DNA of 64,000 nt. Source: Nemertoderma westbladi (taxonomy: Eukaryota; Animalia; Xenacoelomorpha). Made by a program: the position numbers and the translations under genes. Of this stretch, positions 27,301 through 38,350 are shown one piece after another (the stretch's first letter is position 1; each line of letters starts with the position of its first letter). The notes under the pieces were generated by a model, which was not told the DNA's origin, did no database searches, and saw only the letters and a program-made list of their open reading frames with translations. The stretch spans positions 1-64,000 of the forward strand of contig JAUCBJ010008744.1 of assembly GCA_032718475.1 (NCBI GenBank), read 5' to 3'.

Positions 27301-30300
27301 ACTGTGATTTGTTGCTACATGCGTCCTTCATTGTTTGGTGTAGTGTGATTTGTTGCTACATGCGTCATTCATTGTTTGGTGTAGTACGATTTGTTGCTAC
27401 ATATGACCTTCAGTGTTTCATTGTTTGTTGTAGTGTGGTTTGTTGCTACATGCGTCCTTCATTGTTTGGTGTAGTGTGATTTGTTGCTACATGCGTCCTT
27501 CATTGTTTGGTGTAGTGATTTGTTGCTACATGCGTCCTTCATTGTTTGGTGTAGTGTGATTTGTTGCTACATGCGTCCTTCATTGTTTGGTGTAGTGTGA
27601 TTTGTTGCTACATGCGTCCTTCATTGTTTGGTGTAGTGATTTGTTGCTACATGCGTCCTTCATTGTTTGGTGTAGTGTGATTTGTTGCTACATGCGTCCT
27701 TCATTGTTTGGTGTAGTGTGATTTGTTGCTACATGCATCCTTCATTGTTTGGTGTAGTGTGATTTGTTGCTACATGCGTCCTTCATTGTTTGGTGTAGTG
27801 TGATTTGTTGCTACATGCGTCCTTCATTGTTTGGTGTAGTGTGATTTGTTGCTACATGCGTCCTTCATTGTTTGGTGTAGTACGATTTGTTGCTACATAT
27901 GACCTTCATTGTTTCATTGTTTGGTGTAGTGTGATTTGTTGCTACATGCGTCCTTCATTGTTTGGTGTAGTGTGATTTCTTGTTACATGCGTCCTTCATT
28001 GTTTGGTGTAGTGTGATTTGTTGCTACATGCGTCCTTCATTGTTTGGTGTAGTGTGATTTGTTGCTACATGCGTCCTTCATTGTTTGGTGTAGTGTGATT
28101 TCTTGTTACATGCGCCCTTCATTGTTTGGTGTAGTGTGATTTGTTGCTACATGCGTCCTTCATTGTTTGTTGAAGTACGATTTGTTGCTACATGCGTCCT
28201 TCATTGTTTGGTGTAGTGTGATTTGTTGCTACGTGCGTCCTTCATTGTTTGGTGTAGTGTGATTTGTTGCTACATGCGTCCTTTATTGTTTGTTGTAGTG
28301 CGATTTGTTGCTACATGCGTCCTTCATTGTTTGGTGTAGTGTGATTTGTAGCTACATGCGTCCTTCATTGTTTGTTGTAGTGTGATTTGTTGCTACATGC
28401 GTCCTTCATTGTTTGGTGTAGTGTGATTTGTTGCTACATGCGTCCTTCATTGTTTGGTGTAGTGTGATTTGTTGCTACATGCGTCCTTCATTGTTTGTTG
28501 TAGTGCGATTTGTTGCTACATGCGTCCTTCATTGTTTGGTGTAGTGTGATTTGTTGCTACATGCGTCCTTCATTGTTTGTTGTAGTGCGATTTGTTGCTA
28601 CATGCGTCCTTCATTGTTTGGTGTAGTGTGATTTGTTGCTACATGCGTCCCTCATTGTTTGGTGTAGTGCGATTTGTTGCTACATGCGTCCTTCATTGTT
28701 TGTTGTAGTGTGATTTGTTGCTACATGCGTCCTTCGTTGTTTGGTGTAGTGTGATTTGTTGCTACATGCGTCCTTCATTGTTTGGTGTAGTGTGATTTCT
28801 TGTTACATGCGTACTTCATTGTTTGGTGTAGTGTGATTTGTTGCTACATGCGTCCTTCATTGTTTGGTGTAGTGTGATTTGTTGCTACATGCGTCATTCA
28901 TTGTTTGGTGTAGTACGATTTGTTGCTACATATGACCTTCAGTGTTTCATTGTTTGGTGTAGTGTGATTTCTTTCTACATGCGTCCTTCATTGTTTGGTG
29001 TAGTGTGATTTGTTGCTACATGCGTCCTTCATTGTTTGGTGTAGTGATTTGTTGCTACATGCGTCCTTCATTGTTTGGTGTAGTGTGATTTGTTGCTACA
29101 TGCGTCCTTCATTGTTTGGTGTAGTGTGATTTGTTGCTACATGCGTCCTTCATTGTTTGGTGTAGTGATTTGTTGCTACATGCGTCCTTCATTGTTTGGT
29201 GTAGTACGATTTGTTGCTACATATGACCTTCATTGTTTCATTGTTTGGTGTAGTGCGATTTGTTGCTACATGCGTCCTTCATTGATTGGTGTAGTGTGAT
29301 TTGTTGCTACATGCGTCCTTCATTGTTTGGTGTAGTGTGATTTCTTGTTACATGCGTACTTCATTGTTTGGTGTAGTGTGATTTGTTGCTACATGCGTCC
29401 TTCATTGTTTGGTGTAGTGTGATTTGTTGCTACATGCGTCATTCATTGTTTGGTGTAGTACGATTTGTTGCTACATATGACCTTCATTGTTTCATTGTTT
29501 GGTGTAGTGTGATTTGTTGCTACATGCGTCCTTCATTGATTGGTGTAGTGTGATTTGTTGCTACATGCATCCTTCATTGTTTGGTGTAGTGTGATTTGTT
29601 GCTACATGCGTCCTTCATTGTTTGGTGTAGTGATTTGTTGCTACATGCGTCCTTCATTGTTTGGTGTAGTGTGATTTGTTGCTACATGCGTCCTTCATTG
29701 TTTGGTGTAGTGTGATTTGTTGCTACATGCGTCCTTCATTGTTTGGTGTAGTGATTTGTTGCTACATGCGTCCTTCATTGTTTGGTGTAGTACGATTTGT
29801 TGCTACATATGACCTTCATTGTTTCATTGTTTAGTGTAGTGCGATTTGTTGCTACATGCGTCCTTCATTGATTGGTGTAGTGTGATTTGTTGCTACATGC
29901 GTCCTTCATTGTTTGGTGTAGTGTGATTTCTTGTTGCATGCGTACTTCATTGTTTGGTGTAGTGTGATTTGTTGCTACATGCGTCCTTCATTGTTTGGTG
30001 TAGTGTGATTTGTTGCTACATGCGTCATTCATTGTTTGGTGTAGTACGATTTGTTGCTACATATGACCTTCAGTGTTTCATTGTTTGGTGTAGTGTGATT
30101 TCTTTCTACATGCGTCCTTCATTGTTTGGTGTAGTGTGATTTGTTGCTACATGCGTCCTTCATTGTTTGGTGTAGTGATTTGTTGCTACATGCGTCCTTC
30201 ATTGTTTGGTGTAGTGTGATTTGTTGCTACATGCGTCCTTCATTGTTTGGTGTAGTGTGATTTGTTGCTACATGCGTCCTTCATTGTTTGGTGTAGTGAT

Positions 30301-33300
30301 TTGTTGCTACATGCGTCCTTCATTGTTTGGTGTAGTGTGATTTGTTGCTACATATGACCTTCATTGTTTCATTGTTTGGTGTAGTGTGATTTGTTGCTAC
30401 ATGCATCCTTCATTGATTGGTGTAGTGCGATTTGTTGATACATGCGTCCTTCATTGTTTGGTGTAATGTGATTTGTTGCTACATGCGTCCTTCATTGATT
30501 GGTGTAGTGTGATTTGTTGCTACATGCGTCCTTCATTGTTTGGTGTAGTGTGATTTCTTGTTACATGCGTACTTCATTGTTTGGTGTAGTGTGATTTGTT
30601 GCTACATGCGTCCTTCATTGTTTGGTGTAGTGTGATTTGTTGCTACATGCGTCCTTCATTGTTTGGTGTAGTGTGATTTGTTGCTACATGCGTCATTCAT
30701 TGTTTGGTGTAGTACGATTTGTTGCTACATATGATCTTCATTGTTTCATTGTTTGGTGTAGTGTGATTTGTTGCTACATGCGTCCTTCATTGATTGGTGT
30801 AGTGTGATTTGTTGCTACATGCATCCTTCATTGTTTGGTGTAGTGTGATTTGTTGCTACATGCGTCCTTCATTGTTTGGTGTAGTGTGATTTGTTGCTAC
30901 ATGCGTCCTTCATTGTTTGGTGTAGTGTGATTTGTTGCTACATGCGTCCTTCATTGTTTGGTGTAGTACGATTTGTTGCTACATATGACCTTCATTGTTT
31001 CATTGTTTGGTGTAGTGTGATTTGTTGCTACATGCGTCCTTCATTGTTTGGTGTAGTGTGATTTCTTGTTACATGCGTCCTTCATTGTTTGGTGTAGTGT
31101 GATTTGTTGCTACATGCGTCCTTCATTGTTTGGTGTAGTGTGATTTGTTGCTACATGCGTCCTTCATTGTTTGGTGTAGTGTGATTTCTTGTTACATGCG
31201 TCCTTCATTGTTTGGTGTAGTGTGATTTGTTGCTACATGCGTCCTTCATTGTTTGTTGAAGTACGATTTGTTGCTACATGCGTCATTCATTGTTTGGTGT
31301 AGTACGATTTGTTGCTACATATGATCTTCATTGTTTCATTGTTTGGTGTAGTGTGATTTGTTGCTACATGCGTCCTTCATTGATTGGTGTAGTGTGATTT
31401 GTTGCTACATGCGTCATTCATTGTTTGGTGTAGTACGATTTGTTGCTACATATGATCTTCATTGTTTCATTGTTTGGTGTAGTGTGATTTGTTGCTACAT
31501 GCGTCCTTCATTGATTGGTGTAGTGTGATTTGTTGCTACATGCATCCTTCATTGTTTGGTGTAGTGTGATTTGTTGCTACATGCGTCCTTCATTGTTTGG
31601 TGTAGTGTGATTTGTTGCTACATGCGTCCTTCATTGTTTGGTGTAGTGTGATTTGTTGCTACATGCGTCCTTCATTGTTTGGTGTAGTACGATTTGTTGC
31701 TACATATGACCTTCATTGTTTCATTGTTTGGTGTAGTGTGATTTGTTGCTACATGCGTCCTTCATTGTTTGGTGTAGTGTGATTTCTTGTTACATGCGTC
31801 CTTCATTGTTTGGTGTAGTGTGATTTGTTGCTACATGCGTCCTTCATTGTTTGGTGTAGTGTGATTTGTTGCTACATGCGTCCTTCATTGTTTGGTGTAG
31901 TGTGATTTCTTGTTACATGCGTCCTTCATTGTTTGGTGTAGTGTGATTTGTTGCTACATGCGTCCTTCATTGTTTGTTGAAGTACGATTTGTTGCTACAT
32001 GCGTCCTTCATTGTTTGGTGTAGTGTGATTTGTTGCTACTTGCGTCCTTCATTGTTTGGTGTAGTGTGATTTGTTGCTACATGCGTCCTTTATTGTTTGT
32101 TGTAGTGCGATTTGTTGCTACATGCGTCCTTCATTGTTTGGTGTAGTGTGATTTGTAGCTACATGCGTCCTTCATTGTTTGTTGTAGTGTGATTTGTTGC
32201 TACATGCGTCCTTCATTGTTTGGTGTAGTGTGATTTGTTGCTACATGCGTCCTTCATTGTTTGGTGTAGTGTGATTTGTTGCTACATGCGTCCTTCATTG
32301 TTTGTTGTAGTGCGATTTGTTGCTACATGCGCCCTTCATTGTTTGGTGTAGTGTGATTTGTTGCTACATGCGTCCTTCATTGTTTGTTGTAGTGCGATTT
32401 GTTGCTACATGCGTCCTTCATTGTTTGGTGTAGTGTGATTTGTTGCTACATGCGTCCTTCATTGTTTGGTGTAGTGCGATTTGTTGCTACATGCGTCCTT
32501 CATTGTTTGTTGTAGTGTGATTTGTTGCTACATGCGTCCTTCATTGTTTGGTGCAGTGTGATTTGTTGCTACATGCGTCCTTCATTGTTTGTTGTAGTGC
32601 GATTTGTTGCTACATGCGTCCTACATTGTTTGGTGTACTGTGATTTGTTGCTACATGCGTCCTTCATTGTTTGGTGTAGTGTGATTTGTTGCTACATGCG
32701 TCCTTCATTGTTTGGTGAACTGTGATTTGTAGCTACATGCGTCCTTCATTGTTTGTTGTAGTGTGATTTGTTGCTACATGCGTCCTTCATTGTTTGGTGT
32801 AGTGTGATTTGTTGCTACATGCGTCCTTCATTGTTTGGTGTAGTGTGATTTGTTGCTACATGCGTCCTTCATTGTTTGTTGTAGTGCGATTTGTTGCTAC
32901 ATGCGTCCTTCATTGTTTGGTGTACTGTGATTTGTAGCTACATGCGTCCTTCATTGTTTGTTGTAGTGTGATTTGTTGCTACATGCGTTCTTCATTGTTT
33001 GGTGTAGTGTGATTTGTTGCTACATGCGTCCTTCATTGTTTGGTGTAGTGTGATTTGTTGCTACATGCGTCCTTCATTGTTTGTTGTAGTGCGATTTGTT
33101 GCTACATGCGTCCTTCATTGTTTGGTGTAGTGTGATTTGTTGCTACATGCGTCCTTCATTGTTTGGTGTAGTGTGATTTGTTGCTACATGCGTCCTTCAT
33201 TGTTTGGTGTAGTGTAATTTGTTGCTACACGCGTCCTTCATTGTTTGGTGTAGTGTGATTTGTTGCTACATGTGTCCTTCATTGTTTGGTGTAGTGTGAT

Positions 33301-34503
33301 TTGTTGCTACATGCGTCCTTCATTGTTTGTTGTAGTGTGATTTGTTGCTACATGCGTCCTTCATTGTTTGGTGTAGTGTGATTTGTTGCTACATATGACC
33401 TTCATTGTTTCATTGTTTGGTGTAGTGTGATTTGTTGCTACATGCATCCTTCATTGATTGGTGTAGTGCGATTTGTTGATACATGCGTCCTTCATTGTTT
33501 GGTGTAATGTGATTTGTTGCTACATGCATCCTTCATTATTTTGTGTAGTGTGATTTGTTGCTACATGCGTCCTTGTAGTGTGATTTGTTGCTACATGCGT
33601 CCTTCATTGTTTGGTGTAGTGTGATTTGTTGCTACATGCGTCCTTCATTGTTTGGTGTAATGTGATTTGTTGCTACATTCGTCCTTCATTGTTTGGTGTA
33701 GTGTGATTTGTTGCTACATATGACCTTCATTGTTTCATTGTTTGGTGTAGTGTGATTTGTTGCTACATGCGTCCTTCATTGTTTGGTGTAGTGTGATTTG
33801 TTGCTACATGCGTCCTTCATTGTTTGGTGTAGTGTGATTTGTTGCTACATGCGTCCGTAACACCAAAGAATGAAGGACGCATGTAGAAAGAAATCACACT
33901 ACACCAAACAATGAAGGACGCATGTAGCAACAAATCACACTACACCAAACAATGAAACAATGAAGGTCATATGTAGCAACAAATCACACTACACCAAACA
34001 ATGAAGGACGCATGTAGCAACAAATCACACTACACCAAACAATGAAACAATGAAGGTCATATGTAGCAAGAAATCACACTACACCAAACAATGAAGGACG
34101 CATGTAGCAACAAATCACACTACACCAAACAATGAAGGACGCATGTAGCAAGAAATCACACCACACCAAACAATGAAGGATGCATGTAGCAACAAATCAC
34201 ACTACACCAAACAATGAAGGACGCATGTAGAAAGAAATCACACTACACCAAACAATGAAGGATGCATGTAGCAACAAATCACACTACACCAAACAATGAA
34301 GGACGCATGTAGCAAGAAATCACACTACACCAAACAATGAAGGACGCATGTAGCAACAAATCACACTACACCAAACAATGAAGGACGCATGTAGCAAAAA
34401 ATCACACTACACCAAACAATGAAGGTCATATGTAGCAACAAATCACACTACACCAAACAATGAAGGACGCATATAGCAACAAATCGCACTACACCAAACA
34501 ATG
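15356..34503. repeat. 41-bp satellite (GTAGTGTGATTTGTTGCTACATGCGTCCTTCATTGTTTGGT), ~19.1 kb, intronic; orientation flips at ~15381 and ~33857
   Basis: Forward array 15383-33856 (~450 units, with 39- and 49-bp variants), inverted arm 33860-34503, and a short inverted stub 15356-15380. Confidence 0.97.
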
Positions 34504-34698
34504 GAGTAACGATTAACAAAATCTCCTAAGGTTCACTGAACCAGCTACAACCAATATTTAATGGTCTCTCTTAAGGGTTACATATCCACAAAGCACAAAC
34601 ATAACGCAGTTTGTAACTTATTGAACCGAGTTAAACAAAAGAAAACAAGGCAGACGAGAATCAACTACCGGTACCGGTAGTCGGTTTATCGGACTCAC

Positions 34699-36168
34699 CT
34701 GAAGGTTGACTTCCAGATTGGCCAGTATCTCGTTACTCAGATCTGATTTAAAAAGCCGCGCCCATTGCGTGTAGAGCGGCCGGGCGACGAACTTAATGAA
34801 ACCGCTCTGTATCTTCGATATTGTCTGAGCATATCGGTCGCCTATCGTAGACACGGGTAACCCAAGTTTTCGTTCCATATCACCCTGTCGGAAGAACTCC
34901 TCCGTGACCCGTGTGCTCCAGAGTTTGCTAATCTCCCAGGTACGTCCCGTGTTTGCGATATCGGAGCACTTGAGCGCGATCTGCAGCACGAAGTGCCGGT
35001 CACCCTCGACGTCCATCCGGAGTGAGTCGGCGCGGCGTTTCAACTGCTCCGTGAACTCCGACTGCCTCGTCATATCGGTGGCGAGGATAAGCGAGCGGAA
35101 GAGCCGGAAGAACGAGTCCCACTCCTCCTGTGGTAGATGGGCTAGCAATCCGGTCTCCCGGAAGAGAGACAACGACACCCCGCAGTGGTGGTTCTCGAGA
35201 AGAGAACTCGCGTACAGCTCGCAGAGGAAGTTCTTAGTGCTGATGAGGAAGGATTGGTTGGTACCCGGGTGTTCGATGTCGTGGCAATACGCGGCGAGAA
35301 TGGCAGCGAGCAAGTCCAAGTGGGTCGCCTCCTTCCGGATTTCTAACTCATTTACGAAGCAGACCATCGCTTGGGTGACGTCAGCAGCGTGGGTCGCGTT
35401 GTGGTACGGGTTGGTGTCACGGTAACCAGCTGAGACGCGAGTAGCGAACGATAACAGCCGCAGCGGGTCCAACCGGAAGTGACGCGTCAACTGGAAGTGG
35501 TCGAGAAGGTGTACGAGAAGGTTGACGGTGCCCTGACCGCCGAGCATGTGGTTGAGTTGGATGACATCAAACTCCCAACGCAGGGAAGAGATAGCTAGGT
35601 AGGAGGCGGCCCCCGCGCGGCCAGCGTACACCGAGTCCAACAGACAGTCGGCGGCCCGGGATTGGTCCGAGCGGTATCGTTGGCGCGTCGGCGAACGTTT
35701 TGCCAGGGATTTAAACCGGGATTTAACCACCGGAGTCGGGTGTTTCTCCGTATCTTCCGTTCGCAACTCCGGCACCACTGGCTCATCAGTTCCCGGGCCT
35801 ACCGGTAGAGGGTGAAGTAGTTCCTGCACGTCGGTTTCCAACCCCGTCGATTCCTCGGTCAGTTCCGATTCCGAATGGTCGGTGTCGGATTCTACGGAAC
35901 CCGTTTGGTGATACCGAACATCGGCTAACATGCGCACATACAACGCGTCGTTGTCAGATTGGTCGAAGGATACCCCGCCGCGGCGTTGTCTGCGAGGGTG
36001 CGGGATATTTTGGAACATTTCGGTGCTACTAGAGAAGGAGATGGCACAGCGACGGCCCAACACATTCTTTGGTACCGCGCGATCCAATGGAAGCACTGGC
36101 AATCCATTATAAATCTCCGCTGCCATCGTAATAACCTCACTGATATCGGGTTTCCGTCGAAATACCAT
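34699..36168 (-). CDS. PDE7: PDE7-like high-affinity cAMP phosphodiesterase, coding exon 1 (N-terminal region plus PDEase_I domain)
   Basis: N-terminus LPVLPLDRAVPKNVLGRRCAISFSSS...RRGGVSFDQSDNDALYVRMLADVR closely resembles vertebrate PDE7A1. Catalytic motifs YHNATHAADV, HDIEHPG, LLENHH, ILATDM, KCSDIAN, EEFFRQGD and IQSGFI are present. Consensus donor CAG|GTGAGT at 34699/34698 follows 490 codons. The true start may be the Met at 36126. Confidence 0.92.
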
Positions 36169-37584
36169 TTAGGAATATGTCGGGGATATACCGATATGGA
36201 AAAAGACACCATCCGTTCAGAAATTTATTAAACATCGATTCAAGCAGTCTTTTGTGTAATCTGCATATTAGAATATTTTATAGGCCTATACAAAAGCTAT
36301 CGTATTCAAATAAAAATTTAGAAATAACATGAAAAATTGCCTGGCTAGGCTAGCGCTAGCCTAAATCTGTAACAGTGTAAAGCACATGTTACAAATTTAA
36401 TAAAAACTTAATTATAGGGCGTATTTCTTCACGACAAGTGTCTGAATGTCTAAAAAATATTTGGAAACATATTTATATCAGTGCTGCAGAGCCCAACCAA
36501 AGCGGCAACCGGTTTGTTTGTAGCAGTTAAGAGCAGGGGATTAACGTGTTTGGGGACCTCCACCCACATAATATATATAAGTAACACACGTCATAAAACA
36601 ATTGGGGAAAGGAGCAGGTTACAGAGACAGGCTTTTCTAACCAAAACAATAAACCTGTACGGCCACTTTACCAATTGAGGGAAAGGAGCAGGTTACGGGA
36701 GCGTACTACAGTACTATACAGTAACGGTAACCTGGTAACTGTAATGTTATTCCTGTACTCTACCACACTGTAGTGTGTACTGTAACTGCAGTACTGTAGC
36801 ACTGTAGGTCTGCTGCAGGGCAGGTGGAGGTCCTGAAACACGTTATTCCTACTACATAGTACATACATATATACTACTGTATCTACTAGGCCTACTATTT
36901 ATACTTATAATATGTATAGGCCTATATAATAAGACTGGTAGGTAGGTACATCAGACAGTCAGATCTTAGGCCTATAGGACCACTAACGGCTGAACGGGGT
37001 CAATGTTTACTCTACCGGTACGGTCAGACGGTAGGCCTACTTGTATTTTCCTATCTGTCTATGTCAGTACAATGATATCCTACTGTACAAGTGCATTAGG
37101 ATGAGGTTTAAGTGGTAAGCGCCGAAACCTGAGTCCTGAGCCTGACTGAGCTGCTGAGTGATGACAAAAACAACAAATTTATTCTTTTAATAAAAAGTCA
37201 AAATTAATTGTACCCCGCATATTCAGCCATTGTACTCATTGTAATTATAGGGGCCTACCCTCCTGCCCTCTACTGCTCTATGCTCTATGCAGCTATGTCT
37301 TTTTTGCTACTCTATATCCCTGTCAGCCTGTATCCGCCATAGTACGCCATCCAGGGACCAGGATTGATCTGTTGATAAGCAGATAAGAACTCAGTTTTAG
37401 GCCTACCGCCTACCATCTGGTGAGAGAACCTGACTGCCTGAGCTTCTGTGTCACAATATAACAATTCAATGAGAGCAACAAATACTTCAGTACCGGTACT
37501 TCTGGCAGTCTGGACTCTGGTATTCCATTCTGCCACTGCCATAACTGCATAAGGTCTTCGAATTTCCAGCATTTTACCTTTATC

Positions 37585-38350
37585 AGTCTATAATAAATAA
37601 TAATAATAATAAAATAAATTTGTATAGCGCCAAATTTACAATAATTAAACAGTACGCTAAGGCGCTTAAGTCACTATCTAGAGATATTGGTACATAGCGA
37701 TAAAGTACGATAAACGAATATAAGAAACTCAATTAATGCACCAAATACAGACAAATTAGTGATAAAGTAAAATATTTTGGATATTAAAACGGACAAGTAA
37801 GCGATATGTAAAATATATGATAAATATATGTCATAAAAAATATGTAAAATATTTAGAGCATTAAAATAAAACCGGCAAATTTTTTTTTGATAATGTTACA
37901 CAATTGGGGCATTAAAAACAGGCAGATATGTGACACGACAACGATCAGCATAAGTTCAGTGATACAATTACAAATACTTAAATTAATTACTACAAATTGA
38001 CAATGCAGTTTGTAATTTTATTGCGTGGCGAAAAGTATCAAAATAGACAAATTCGTGATCAACTAATATAAGCAAAATAATTAATTAGGGATTTAAAACG
38101 GACAATTAAGTGACAAACGAATATGTAAAATATTTAGAGCATTAAAACCGGCAAATTTTGATAACGTTACACAATTGGGGCATTAAAAAACAGGCAGATA
38201 TGTGACACGACAACGATCAACATAAAGTTCAGTAATACAATTACGAATACTTCAATAAATAAAACGGTTCAATCAACAGTTCAGTTCAAATTTTCAATAT
38301 AAGTAAAATTAATTAGAGCTTGTTAAAATACATGGTTAAAAGAGAGTCTA
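37585..38350 (-). mobile_element. 3' UTR/tail of an L2-type LINE or L2-dependent SINE, with an internal ~200-bp duplication
   Basis: The - strand reads AAGCGCCTT...GGCGCTATACAAAT(TTA)n, the same terminal structure as 2855-2927. ~37790-37985 is repeated at ~38095-38255. Confidence 0.6.

Noticed and set aside
22527-32725. Short ORFs within the 41-bp satellite
   Set aside because: Chance stop-free stretches created by variant units.
34618-34698. C-terminal 26 aa of the 516-aa PDE ORF (VSPINRL...)
   Set aside because: Lies after a perfect CAG|GTGAGT donor and lacks the conserved Trp; treated as intron read-through.
34904-35425. 173-aa + strand ORF overlapping PDE7
   Set aside because: Antisense shadow of a GC-rich coding exon.
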